Of a stretch of DNA of 64,000 nt, positions 1 through 9,511 are shown piece after piece (within the stretch, counting starts at the first letter, position 1; the number at the start of each line of letters is the position of its first letter). The stretch comes from an uncultured Clostridia bacterium (GTDB lineage: Bacteria > Bacillota > Clostridia > TANB77 > CAG-508): the NCBI GenBank assembly GCA_947594845.1, contig CANQEI010000005.1, positions 26,367-90,366 on the forward strand, read 5' to 3'. Position numbers and translations under genes: made by a program. The notes under the pieces are model-generated. The model made no database searches. It saw nothing but the letters and a program-made list of their open reading frames with translations, and was not told the origin of the DNA.

Positions 1-79
1 TCAATTGAAAAAAATTCTAACGGAAAGCAGAGCTAAGAGCGAACCTAACCGAAAGAGCACAAATTTATAAAAGTATTAT

Positions 80-120
80 ATCTATAACTGTGCCTTTTAG
101 TTAGGTAACAGTTATTTTTT
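80..120 (+). terminator. Hairpin plus T-run, probably the terminator of a gene upstream of the window
   Basis: ataactgt...acagttat stem followed by tttttt at 115-120. Confidence 0.4.
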
Positions 121-177
121 ATAGAAATGAAAATTGAAAAGAAATTTTCATTTCTATAAAAAAGCTTCGCTACAAAT
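119..177 (+). repeat. Copy 1 of a 'hairpin + AAAAAAGCTTCGCTACAAAT box' unit
   Basis: 15-bp perfect stem (atagaaatgaaaatt / aattttcatttctat), then ataaaaaagcttcgctacaaat at 156-177. The same box recurs at 311-333. Confidence 0.7.
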
Positions 178-284
178 CCACACAAAATTTCTAAAGAAAT
201 TTTGGCGGACGAACAATGGACGCGGACTTTTCAATAAATTTACATAGTGTGACATATAAAATGTCCGCTATTGTTCTATACACA

Positions 285-333
285 TAATAGAAAATGAAAT
301 TTCCTATTATATAAAAAAAGCTTCGCTACAAAT
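285..333 (+). repeat. Copy 2 of the 'hairpin + AAAAAAAGCTTCGCTACAAAT box' unit, directly upstream of the RBS of the first hyd gene
   Basis: ataatagaaa...tttcctattat hairpin, then ataaaaaaagcttcgctacaaat at 311-333, followed by the RBS aaggagg. Confidence 0.7.
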
Positions 334-347
334 ATAAGGAGGAGTAT

Positions 348-593
348 ATGGAAACAAGAGTTGCGGTTATAGGAATAATTGTAGAAAATAAAGAAAGCGT
401 ATCAGAATTAAATAAACTACTATCAGAATATGGCGATTACATTATTGGAAGAATGGGAGTACCATATCATAAAAAACAAATCAACATTATTTCAATAGCA
501 ATTGATGCACCACAAGATGTTATAAACACATTAAGTGGAAAAATAGGAAGATTGGATGGTGTTTATGCAAAAACAGCTTATAGCAACGTGTAA
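348..593 (+). CDS. TM1266-family putative iron-only hydrogenase system regulator (small ACT/NikR-C-like protein)
   Basis: 81 aa. The C-terminal LSGKIGRLDGVYAKT resembles the TM1266-type signature as recalled from memory. Strong RBS aaggagg. Sits immediately upstream of and overlapping hydE. Confidence 0.7.
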   Translation: METRVAVIGIIVENKESVSELNKLLSEYGDYIIGRMGVPYHKKQINIISIAIDAPQDVINTLSGKIGRLDGVYAKTAYSNV

Positions 594-1623
594 TGATTTA
601 ATAGATAAATTAAGAAAAGAAGAAAAACTTACATATGATGAGTATTTATTCTTAATTAAAAATAAAGAGTTATGCAAAGAATATCTATATAAAAATTCAA
701 GAGAAGTTTGTGATTCTATATATGGAAAACAAATATATATAAGAGGATTAATTGAATTTACTAACTATTGCAAAAATGATTGCTTTTATTGTGGAATACG
801 TAGAAGCAATAAAAATGCAGATAGGTACAGATTAACGAAAGAACAAATTATAGATTGTGCTGATCAGGGATATGAACTAGGTTTTCGTACATTTGTACTG
901 CAGGGTGGAGAAGACTTATTTTTTACAGATGAGATACTAGAAGAAATATTAAAAGAAATAAAATTTAGACATCCAGACTGCGCAATAACTCTTTCAATTG
1001 GAGAGAGAAGTTTTGAAAGTTATAAAAAACTTAAACAAGCTGGAGCAGATAGATATCTTTTAAGACATGAGACAGCAACAAAATCTCATTATGAAAAACT
1101 TCATCCAAAAGAGATGAGCTTTGATAATAGAGTAAATTGTCTACATGAATTAAAAGAATTAGGCTATCAAGTTGGAGCAGGTTTTATGGTAGGTTCTCCA
1201 TATCAGACAGAAGAAAATCTAGCTGCAGAACTGTTATTCTTAAAAGAACTTCAACCACATATGGTTGGAATTGGACCATTTGTACCACATAAAGACACAC
1301 CATTTAAAGATAAAGTGCAAGGAACAGTTGACATGACATTATTTATGCTTGGATTAATAAGATTAACTTTGCCACACGTATTATTACCGGCAACAACAGC
1401 ACTTGGAACTATAGATCCACTTGGAAGAGAAAAAGGAATAAATGCCGGAGCAAATGTACTTATGCCAAATTTATCACCAACTAATGTAAGAAAAAAATAT
1501 ATGTTATATGACAATAAGATTTGTACAGGAGATGAAGCTGCACAATGCATTGAATGTTTGAAACGAAGAGTGAGTAAAACAGGATGTGAAATTGTTGTGG
1601 ATAGAGGAGATTACAAGAAATAA
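556..1623 (+). CDS. hydE: [FeFe]-hydrogenase H-cluster radical SAM maturase HydE
   Basis: Radical SAM CxxxCxxC motif (CKNDCFYCGIR), BioB-like length, hydE-hydG-hydF synteny. The start could instead be the ATG at 565. Confidence 0.85.
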   Translation: MVFMQKQLIATCNDLIDKLRKEEKLTYDEYLFLIKNKELCKEYLYKNSREVCDSIYGKQIYIRGLIEFTNYCKNDCFYCGIRRSNKNADRYRLTKEQIIDCADQGYELGFRTFVLQGGEDLFFTDEILEEILKEIKFRHPDCAITLSIGERSFESYKKLKQAGADRYLLRHETATKSHYEKLHPKEMSFDNRVNCLHELKELGYQVGAGFMVGSPYQTEENLAAELLFLKELQPHMVGIGPFVPHKDTPFKDKVQGTVDMTLFMLGLIRLTLPHVLLPATTALGTIDPLGREKGINAGANVLMPNLSPTNVRKKYMLYDNKICTGDEAAQCIECLKRRVSKTGCEIVVDRGDYKK

Positions 1624-1640
1624 AAAGGGGGATAAAAATT

Positions 1641-3062
1641 ATGATAAAATATGATCCAAAATCAATGAAAGCAGAAGAATTTATTAATGATGAGGAGATA
1701 CAAGAAACATTAAAATATGCCGAAGAAAATAAAAATAATCTAGAACTTGTTGACAAGATTATTGAAAAAGCAAAAGAAAGAAAAGGTCTAAATCACAGAG
1801 ATGCAAGTGTACTTTTAGCATGCGAAGATAAGGAAAAAGTAAAAGAAATATATGACTTGGCAGAACAAATAAAGAAAGATTTTTATGGAAATAGAATAGT
1901 TATGTTTGCACCATTGTATCTTTCAAACTATTGCGTAAATGGATGTTTATATTGTCCATATCATATGAAAAATAAAAATATTCCTCGTAAAAAACTTACT
2001 CAAGAAGAAGTAAAAAAGGAAGTAATAGCACTTCAAGATATGGGACATAAACGTTTAGCTATTGAAGCAGGAGAAGATCCAGTTAATAATCCTATTGAAT
2101 ATATTTTAGATTGTATAAAAACTATATATTCAATCAAACATAAAAATGGAGCTATAAGAAGGGTAAATGTTAATATAGCTGCAACAACCGTAGAAAATTA
2201 TAGAAAACTAAAAGAAGCGGGAATAGGAACATATATACTTTTCCAAGAAACATATCATAAAGAAAGCTATGAATATCTTCATCCAACAGGACCAAAACAT
2301 AATTATGCATATCATACTGAAGCCATGGACAGAGCTATGGAAGGAGGAATTGATGATGTTGGTATTGGTGTACTATTTGGATTAGATAAATATAAATATG
2401 AATTTGCAGGACTTTTAATGCATGCAGAACACTTAGAAGCAGTTCATGGAGTCGGACCACATACAATAAGTGTACCAAGAGTAAAAAGAGCTGATGATAT
2501 AGATCCAAATGACTTTGACAACTCACTAAGTGATGAAATGTTTTGCAAAATTGCAGCTTGCATAAGAATATCTGTACCTTATACAGGAATGATTATTTCA
2601 ACACGTGAAACACCAGAAGTAAGAGAAAAAATTATTAGATTAGGAGTAAGCCAAATTAGTGGTGGATCACGTACTTCTGTTGGTGGATATTGTGAGGAAG
2701 AAAGACCACACGATACAGAACAATTTGATGTTTCAGATAATAGAACATTAGATGAAGTTGTAAATTGGTTAATGAGAACTGGATATATTCCTTCATTCTG
2801 CACAGCTTGCTATAGAGAAGGCAGAACAGGGGATAGATTTATGAGCTTATGCAAATCAGGACAAATTCAAAATTGTTGCCATCCAAATGCACTTATGACA
2901 CTTAAAGAATTCTTAATGGACTATGCTTCCGAAAATACTAAAAAAATTGGTGAAGAATTAATAGAAAAAGAAATTGATAATATAGGAAAAGAAGAAGTAA
3001 AGAAAATAGTAAGAGAAAGATTAGTTAAAATTGAAAATGGAGAAAGAGATTTCCGTTTCTAA
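1641..3062 (+). CDS. hydG: [FeFe]-hydrogenase H-cluster radical SAM maturase HydG
   Basis: 473 aa, ThiH-like. CVNGCLYCPY radical SAM motif plus the C-terminal Cys cluster CTACYREGRTGDRFMSLC typical of HydG. Confidence 0.9.
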   Translation: MIKYDPKSMKAEEFINDEEIQETLKYAEENKNNLELVDKIIEKAKERKGLNHRDASVLLACEDKEKVKEIYDLAEQIKKDFYGNRIVMFAPLYLSNYCVNGCLYCPYHMKNKNIPRKKLTQEEVKKEVIALQDMGHKRLAIEAGEDPVNNPIEYILDCIKTIYSIKHKNGAIRRVNVNIAATTVENYRKLKEAGIGTYILFQETYHKESYEYLHPTGPKHNYAYHTEAMDRAMEGGIDDVGIGVLFGLDKYKYEFAGLLMHAEHLEAVHGVGPHTISVPRVKRADDIDPNDFDNSLSDEMFCKIAACIRISVPYTGMIISTRETPEVREKIIRLGVSQISGGSRTSVGGYCEEERPHDTEQFDVSDNRTLDEVVNWLMRTGYIPSFCTACYREGRTGDRFMSLCKSGQIQNCCHPNALMTLKEFLMDYASENTKKIGEELIEKEIDNIGKEEVKKIVRERLVKIENGERDFRF

Positions 3063-3076
3063 GTTGAGGTGAATTT

Positions 3077-4279
3077 ATGAGTTTAAATGATACTCCTGTT
3101 GGAGAAAGATTAAATATAGCTTTTTTCGGTTGCAGAAATGCAGGGAAAAGCAGTTTAGTAAATGCAATTACAAACCAAGATTTATCTGTTGTAAGCGATA
3201 TAAAGGGAACAACTACAGATCCAGTAAAAAAATCAATGGAATTGTTGCCATTAGGACCAGTTATAATCATTGACACTCCTGGATTTGATGATGAAGGTGA
3301 TCTTGGCGAAAAAAGAATTGAAAAGACTAAAAAAATTTTAAATAGTTGCAATATAGCAATTCTTGTTACAGAAGCGGACAGAAATTTAAATAAAAAAGAA
3401 GAAGAATTAATACTCTTATTTAAAGAAAAAAATATTCCATATATTATTGCTAAAAATAAAGTGGATAAAGTGGATAAAGTGGATAATATACCTCAAAATG
3501 AAGATAATATTGTTTATGTAAGTGCAATTGAAAAATTTGGAATAGAAGAATTAAAAAATACTATAGGAAAATTATCAAACAAAACTAAACAAAATGAAGT
3601 AAAATTTGTTGGCGATTTAATAAAGAAAAACGACTTAGTTGTTCTTGTTACTCCTATTGATAGTGCGGCACCAAAAGGTAGAATGATAATGCCACAACAA
3701 CTAGCTATAAGAGATATTATTGATTCAAATGCAATAGCTGTTGTAACAAAAGAAACTCAATTAGTTGAAACATTAAAATCACTAAAAAGAGAACCAGCAA
3801 TTGTAATTACAGATTCACAAGTATTTGAAAAAGTAAACAAAATTGTGCCTCAAAATATAAAATTAACATCTTTTTCAATTTTAATGGCAAGATACAAAGG
3901 ATTTTTAGATCAAGCACTTGATGGAGTAAAAGCAATTAACAATTTAAAAAATGGAAATAATATTCTTATTAGTGAAGGATGTACACATCATAGACAATGT
4001 GATGATATAGGAAGTGTAAAATTACCAAAATGGTTAAAAGAATATACTAAAAAGGAATTAAATTTTGAGTGGAGCAGCGGAAATGGATTCCCAGAAAATT
4101 TAAGCAAATTTGATTTAATAATTCATTGTGGAGGATGCATGCTAAATTCAAATGAAGTGATTTATAGAATGGAAAATGCTAAAAAACAAAATGTACCATT
4201 TACAAACTATGGAATTTCAATTGCACATATGAAAGGAATTTTAGAAAGAAGCATAAATCCAATTATTTATAGTAATTGA
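3077..4279 (+). CDS. hydF: [FeFe]-hydrogenase maturation GTPase HydF
   Basis: N-terminal GTPase G1 motif GCRNAGKSS and DTPG. C-terminal EGCTHH...HCGGC cluster-binding motif. Confidence 0.85.
   Translation: MSLNDTPVGERLNIAFFGCRNAGKSSLVNAITNQDLSVVSDIKGTTTDPVKKSMELLPLGPVIIIDTPGFDDEGDLGEKRIEKTKKILNSCNIAILVTEADRNLNKKEEELILLFKEKNIPYIIAKNKVDKVDKVDNIPQNEDNIVYVSAIEKFGIEELKNTIGKLSNKTKQNEVKFVGDLIKKNDLVVLVTPIDSAAPKGRMIMPQQLAIRDIIDSNAIAVVTKETQLVETLKSLKREPAIVITDSQVFEKVNKIVPQNIKLTSFSILMARYKGFLDQALDGVKAINNLKNGNNILISEGCTHHRQCDDIGSVKLPKWLKEYTKKELNFEWSSGNGFPENLSKFDLIIHCGGCMLNSNEVIYRMENAKKQNVPFTNYGISIAHMKGILERSINPIIYSN
3461..3487 (+). repeat. In-frame 9-nt tandem repeat (gtggataaa x2, then gtggataat) inside hydF
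   Basis: Read directly from the sequence. Encodes (K)VDKVDKVDN in the linker after the GTPase domain. Confidence 0.9.
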
Positions 4280-4340
4280 TAAAAGACAAATTTAGATATA
4301 AAATTATGTTGTTAAAAATAATCAGAGAAAGGAAATTTCT

Positions 4341-4997
4341 ATGAAAAAATATGAATTAGGAATGCTATGTGGCAGATTTGGGCATATTCATAAAGGACAT
4401 CAATTAATAATTGATAAAAGTATTGAACTTTGCAAAAAAACTTTAATATTATTAGGCTCAAGTCAGGAAAGTCATACATTAAGAAATCCATTCACAGCTG
4501 AATTTAGAAAAAAACTAATAAAAAAAGTCTATGATAGACCTGATGTAAAAATACAAGAATTAGAAGATATGACAAACGAGCTTGATGTAACAGATAAATG
4601 GGGACAATATGTAATAGATAAAACAATTGAAAGCGAAGGAAGATTTGCAGACGTTATAATTTCTGGTAATGATGAAATAAGGACAAAATGGTTTTCAAAG
4701 GAGCAAATTCAAGGAGTAGAAGAAATCTTAGTAGATAGAAAAATTTGTGAAATATCAGCAACAGAGCTAAGAGGATATATATTAATAAATGATAAAGAAA
4801 ATTGGAAAAAATATGTTCCAAACCAAATAATAGAAGATTTTGAAGAAATTAGAGAGAAATTATTAGAAGTTCCAGTTTACAAGAAAATTTTAGAAGAAAT
4901 GGGAAATGATATAACTATAAAAAATTTTTTAGATGTGTATTCAAAATATGAAAAAGAGGACAAAAAAATAAAAATGAAGAATATTAAAAAAAATTAA
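4341..4997 (+). CDS. Nicotinamide-nucleotide adenylyltransferase-like protein (NadM/cytidylyltransferase-fold)
   Basis: N-terminal GRFGHIHKGH (HxGH nucleotidyltransferase motif) and NPFTAEFR, both typical of the NadM-type family. Confidence 0.55.
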   Translation: MKKYELGMLCGRFGHIHKGHQLIIDKSIELCKKTLILLGSSQESHTLRNPFTAEFRKKLIKKVYDRPDVKIQELEDMTNELDVTDKWGQYVIDKTIESEGRFADVIISGNDEIRTKWFSKEQIQGVEEILVDRKICEISATELRGYILINDKENWKKYVPNQIIEDFEEIREKLLEVPVYKKILEEMGNDITIKNFLDVYSKYEKEDKKIKMKNIKKN

Positions 4998-5026
4998 TCA
5001 TATAATAATGATAGGAGGAAATAACA

Positions 5027-5314
5027 GTGAAAGGTTCATATATAAAAGAAATTCCTATCGTTGATATAAAACAGGAAGAAAGCGATTTAAGCATTGTTCA
5101 GAGCATAATGGAAGCACAAAGAAGATTAGACTTGGCTCATAAAAATTTTGAATATGCAAGAGGAGAATTAGTAGATTACTATGCATATCAAATAAAATCT
5201 GAACAAGCAAAAATAAGTTACTTATTAAAACAAGCAAAAAATAAGAAAGTATTACTAAATACAAATGAAGCGCGAAAAGTCTATAAAAAAGTTAACTTAA
5301 TAGGAGCAGAATAA
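5027..5314 (+). CDS. YaaL-like (DUF2508) small protein
   Basis: 95 aa, GTG start after the RBS aggagg. LDLAHKNFEYA...DYYAYQIKSEQAKISYLLKQAK resembles the DUF2508 pattern. Confidence 0.45.
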   Translation: MKGSYIKEIPIVDIKQEESDLSIVQSIMEAQRRLDLAHKNFEYARGELVDYYAYQIKSEQAKISYLLKQAKNKKVLLNTNEARKVYKKVNLIGAE

Positions 5315-5345
5315 AAAATAGAAGCTATTAAAAGCTTCTATTTTG
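5313..5345. terminator. Bidirectional intrinsic terminator between convergent genes
   Basis: A-run, tagaagct / agcttcta stem, then T-run. Confidence 0.7.
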
Positions 5346-5377
5346 ATTTGATTTGATATTTGTAATTAAAATTTTTG

Positions 5378-7216
5378 TTACTCAACAGTAACTGATTTTG
5401 CTAAATTTCTTGGCTTATCAACATCTAAGCCTTTTTCTTTTGAAATATAGTAAGCTAAAAGTTGTAATGGAATAACAGATAAAATAGGAGAGATAAGAGG
5501 GTTAGTTTCAGGTATAGTAATAATATTGTCAAATTTATGATCTCCTAAATTTTGATTAGTAATAACTAATGTTTTAGCTCCTCTAGTAATAACTTCTTGA
5601 ACATTACTTATAGTTTTTTCAACTAAATTTGGATCTGTCATAATAGAAACAACTGTAATATCTTTTTCTATTAATGCAATAGGTCCATGTTTTAATTCAC
5701 CAGCAGCATAAGCATCTGAATGAATATAAGAAATTTCTTTTAACTTTAATGAAGCTTCAAGTGCAACATTATAATCAATTCCTCTTCCTAAGAAGAATAA
5801 ATCTTTTTCTTTATAAACTTTTTTTGCAAAGCATTTAATTTGTTTTGAACATTTTAAAGTTTCTTCAACTTTTGAAGGCAATTCTAAAATTGCATCTTTT
5901 AAAGCATCGATTTCTTTTCCTTTCATTTCTAATAATTTAGCAAAGTAAATTGCCAAAATAGAAATTAATACAACCTGAGAAGTATAAGCTTTAGTTGATG
6001 CAACAGCTATTTCAGGACCAGCATGAGTATAAATAGTATAATCAGCCTCTCTAGTTATAGAACTTCCTATAACATTTGAAATAGCCAAAGTTTTAGCACC
6101 TTTTTGCTTTGAAAGTTTTAAAGCTGCAATTGTATCAGCAGTTTCACCTGATTGAGTAATGAAAACAACTAAAGTTTTTTCATTAATCAAAGGATCTCTA
6201 TAACGAAATTCTGATGCAATATCAACTTCTGTTGGAATATGACAGAATTTTTCAAAAATTGTTTTTCCAACAAGACCTGCGTGCATTGCTGTACCACAGG
6301 CAACGATACATATTTTATTTAAAGAATTCAAATATTCTTTTGTAAAATCAAGAGATTCAATATTGCAAGTACCATCAGCAGAAAGTCTAGAACCAATTGT
6401 TTCTCTAATAGATTTTGGTTGTTCATGAATTTCTTTTAACATAAAATCATCATAACCATCTTTTTCAGCAGCTGATGCATTCCAATCAATATTAACTGTT
6501 TGTTTTTTAATAGGCTTTAAATCAGAATTATAAAATTCTGCAGAACCTTTTGATAAAACAACATATTCATAATCATCTAAAAGATAAAAATCTTTTGTAT
6601 AAGAAAGTATAGCTGGAATATCAGAACTAATATAATTTTCAGTATCTGTTTTTCCAATTACTAAAGGACTATCTTTTCTAACAACAATCATTTTATCTGG
6701 AAGATGTGTAGAAAGAATTTCTAATGCAAAACTTCCTTTTAATTCAGAACAAGCAGAAACAACAGCTCTTAAAACCTTTTTATCATCATCTTTATCATCT
6801 TTTGAAAAGTAATAATCAATCAAATTAGGAATTACTTCTGTATCTGTTTGAGAATAGAAAGTATAACCTTGCTTTAATAAAAATTCTCTTAATTCATTAT
6901 AATTCTCAATAATACCATTATGTACAACAGCAAAATCTTTTTTGCCATTTACATGAGGGTGAGAATTTTCTGTAGAAGGTTTACCATGAGTTGCCCATCT
7001 AGTATGAGCGATACCAATAGTTCCTTCTAAAGAATCTATAGCTGAAAGTTTTTCAAGTTCAGCAACTCTTCCTTTGTTTTTTACAACAGAAATACCGTTT
7101 TTTTCGATAGTAGCAACACCAGCTGAATCATAACCACGATATTCCAATCTTAAAAGTCCGTTAATTAATATAGGCTTAGCTTTTTTAGAACCTATATAAC
7201 CTACAATGCCACACAT
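5378..7216 (-). CDS. glmS: Glutamine--fructose-6-phosphate aminotransferase (isomerising)
   Basis: The mature N-terminus MCGIVGY (catalytic Cys2) is preceded by the RBS aaaggagg. C-terminal ...LAKSVTVE. The ORF-track start at 7267 is a spurious 17-codon extension. Confidence 0.95.
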   Translation of the reverse strand: MCGIVGYIGSKKAKPILINGLLRLEYRGYDSAGVATIEKNGISVVKNKGRVAELEKLSAIDSLEGTIGIAHTRWATHGKPSTENSHPHVNGKKDFAVVHNGIIENYNELREFLLKQGYTFYSQTDTEVIPNLIDYYFSKDDKDDDKKVLRAVVSACSELKGSFALEILSTHLPDKMIVVRKDSPLVIGKTDTENYISSDIPAILSYTKDFYLLDDYEYVVLSKGSAEFYNSDLKPIKKQTVNIDWNASAAEKDGYDDFMLKEIHEQPKSIRETIGSRLSADGTCNIESLDFTKEYLNSLNKICIVACGTAMHAGLVGKTIFEKFCHIPTEVDIASEFRYRDPLINEKTLVVFITQSGETADTIAALKLSKQKGAKTLAISNVIGSSITREADYTIYTHAGPEIAVASTKAYTSQVVLISILAIYFAKLLEMKGKEIDALKDAILELPSKVEETLKCSKQIKCFAKKVYKEKDLFFLGRGIDYNVALEASLKLKEISYIHSDAYAAGELKHGPIALIEKDITVVSIMTDPNLVEKTISNVQEVITRGAKTLVITNQNLGDHKFDNIITIPETNPLISPILSVIPLQLLAYYISKEKGLDVDKPRNLAKSVTVE

Positions 7217-7284
7217 AAAATACCTCCTTTGTAAAATCGCGACATAAGCAATCAAAATCCAAAACATACCGAAAGGCAGTTTTA

Positions 7285-7468
7285 GAAATCTGTCTTTGCT
7301 TGGTAAATTATTGTGTGAAAAAATATGTTACATGAAAAAGATTTTGTTCTAATATTACTACTAGTTTTTGGACTTTTTCTAATGACAGTAACATGCCATA
7401 GAGCATCCGCCGAAATCTCGATAACTCTAACCTCGTCAAGCACTAAAATAAATGCTTCTGGCGCTTTT
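7285..7468 (-). ncRNA. glmS ribozyme: glmS ribozyme (GlcN6P-dependent self-cleaving leader)
   Basis: The minus strand reads A-GCGCCAGAAGCA...UGCUUGACGAGGUUAGAGUUAUCGAGAUUUCGGCGGAUGCUCUAUGGC. This matches the conserved core (AGCGCC cleavage site, GACGAGG, UUCGGCGGAUGC) directly 5' of glmS. The 3' boundary is approximate. Confidence 0.85.
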
Positions 7469-7701
7469 AATAACTATCAAATAACCCTCCTTTCTAAAAT
7501 AATTTATATATATTTATTCACACCATATCCATATATTACTATAAATGCGAAAAAAAAGCAAATTGTGAAAAGTATAATAAAAAATTATGCCAAAAGTTAG
7601 TAAAAAACCAGAGAATCAAAGTAAATATTATAAGTGTATATATTTAATAAAAAGAATAGCTTGTGTTATTTTTATCATACCAAAAGTAATAAAACAAAAT
7701 A

Positions 7702-7730
7702 TTGAAAAAATCGACTAATTATGATAGAAT
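7702..7730 (+). promoter_or_regulatory. Sigma-A-type promoter for the NeuB-family gene
   Basis: TTGAAA, 17 nt, then TGaTAGAAT (extended -10). Confidence 0.45.
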
Positions 7731-7822
7731 GCAACCAGGTAGGAGTGCAATTTATTTAAGCCACGGTAAATAACTATTTTCGTGAAAAATAAATTGATGT
7801 AAGCTCTAGAAGGAGAAAGGAT

Positions 7823-8866
7823 ATGGGAAAATATATTGAAATTTCCGGTAGAAAAATCGGTAAAGATTATGACCCAGTCGTAATTGCAGAAATAGGCATA
7901 AACCATGGAGGAAGCCTAAAAACTGCTAAAGAGATGGTTGACGCTGCCTATGACTCAGGTATAGAGATTATAAAACATCAAACACACATACCTGAAGAGG
8001 AACTTAGCCCAATAGCAAAAGAAATACAACTTTCAAAAGTAGGACACGGAAACCTATATGATTCACTAGAAGAAATTTGCTTAACAGAAGAAGAAGAAAT
8101 TGAGCTAAAAAACTATGTAGAAGCAAAAGGAATGATATTTATATCATCACCATTTTCCTTCGCAGCTGTAGACAGACTAGAAAGAATGAACATTGCAGCA
8201 TATAAAATAAGTTCATCACAAATGAATAACTATCCACTATTGGAGTATGTTGCTAGTAAGAAAAAGCCAATTGTTATATCAACAGGGATGAATGATATTG
8301 AGGGAGTAAAAAAAGCTGTAAAAACAATAAAGCAATATCATGAGCAATTTGCAATTTTACACTGTACAAATATCTATCCAACACCTGCAGATAAAATAAG
8401 ATTAAATGCATTATTAGAAATTGAAAAAACATTTCCCAAAGCTGTTATTGGATTATCAGATCATTCATTAAATAATTATTCATCATATGCAGCACTAGCA
8501 CTTGGAGCATCTATAATTGAAAGACATTTCACTGATAGAAAAGACAGAAAAGGCAGTGATATGGAATGGTCTATGACACCACAAGAAGCTAAAGAATTAT
8601 GCGATTATGCAAAAAATATTAGAAAAATGCAACAAGGCAAAAAAGAAGCTTTGGAAGAAGAAAAAGAATTTATAGAAAAAACATTTCAAACAGTTGTAAC
8701 CAAAAGAAGTATTAGAAAAGATTCAGTAATAACAAAAGATGATTTAACAGTTAAAGGTCCAAATACTACTGGAATACCAGCAGAAGACTTATACAAAATT
8801 CTTTGGAAAAAAGCTGTACGAAATATAGAACCAAATACGCACTTAGAATGGGGAGATATATATTAA
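7823..8866 (+). CDS. NeuB-family sialic/nonulosonic-acid-type synthase with a C-terminal SAF domain
   Basis: IAEIGINHGGSL...KHQTH, KISS...PLL, STGM, LHCTNIYPTP, GLSDHS, IIERHFT and a C-terminal SAF-like region. Substrate cannot be assigned. Confidence 0.75.
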   Translation: MGKYIEISGRKIGKDYDPVVIAEIGINHGGSLKTAKEMVDAAYDSGIEIIKHQTHIPEEELSPIAKEIQLSKVGHGNLYDSLEEICLTEEEEIELKNYVEAKGMIFISSPFSFAAVDRLERMNIAAYKISSSQMNNYPLLEYVASKKKPIVISTGMNDIEGVKKAVKTIKQYHEQFAILHCTNIYPTPADKIRLNALLEIEKTFPKAVIGLSDHSLNNYSSYAALALGASIIERHFTDRKDRKGSDMEWSMTPQEAKELCDYAKNIRKMQQGKKEALEEEKEFIEKTFQTVVTKRSIRKDSVITKDDLTVKGPNTTGIPAEDLYKILWKKAVRNIEPNTHLEWGDIY

Positions 8867-8896
8867 GAGTATGAATATTCATACTCTTAATATTTT
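8865..8896 (+). terminator. Intrinsic terminator
   Basis: Perfect 24-nt palindrome aagagtatgaatattcatactctt followed by a T-rich tail. Confidence 0.75.
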
Positions 8897-8974
8897 AAAA
8901 TACATACAAGCAAAATACTTATATATATTTTGTAATAATATATATAAATATTTTTGTTTTATGAAAGGAAAAAT

Positions 8975-9499
8975 ATGAATATAAAAACATTAATAAATGA
9001 AAACGAGCTACAAAAAAGAATAAAAGAACTAGGAGAAGAGATAACACAAGATTATAAAGATAAAGAAATTATAATTGTATGCATATTAAGAGGTGCAGTT
9101 TATTTTGCAGTTGACCTTACCAAAAACATAAAAAACAATAAATTACAGTTAGAATTTATGCAAGTATCTAGCTATGGAAATAACAAAGAAACAACAGGCA
9201 AATTAAAGATAAAAAAAGATATAAATACAGATATAAAAGATAAAAATGTAATTATAGTTGAAGATATAATTGATTCAGGAATTACCATGACAAACTTAAA
9301 AGAATATTTATTAAGCAAACAACCTAAAAGCTTAAAGGTTTGTACTCTTTTAGATAAAAAAGAAAGAAGACAAGTTGAAGTAGAAGCAGATTATGTTGGG
9401 TTTGATGTACCAAATAAATTCATTTTAGGATATGGATTAGACTATGAAGAATGCTATAGAAATTTACCATATATAGGATATAATGATGAAGACGAGTAG
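8975..9499 (+). CDS. hpt: Hypoxanthine phosphoribosyltransferase
   Basis: PRPP motif VIIVEDIIDSGITM and GYGLDY. ATG at 8975 after the RBS aaagga. The track start at 8954 is a TTG extension. Confidence 0.85.
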   Translation: MNIKTLINENELQKRIKELGEEITQDYKDKEIIIVCILRGAVYFAVDLTKNIKNNKLQLEFMQVSSYGNNKETTGKLKIKKDINTDIKDKNVIIVEDIIDSGITMTNLKEYLLSKQPKSLKVCTLLDKKERRQVEVEADYVGFDVPNKFILGYGLDYEECYRNLPYIGYNDEDE

Positions 9500-9511
9500 G
9501 AAGGATAAAAA

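Noticed and set aside
7217-7267. N-terminal extension of glmS (MFWILIAYVAILQRRYF-)
   Set aside because: GlmS requires an N-terminal Cys after Met removal. MCGIVGY at 7216 has a perfect RBS, and the extension lies inside the ribozyme/leader.
7325-7600. 91-aa + strand ORF in the glmS upstream region
   Set aside because: It lies antisense over the glmS ribozyme, has no RBS and has low-complexity composition.
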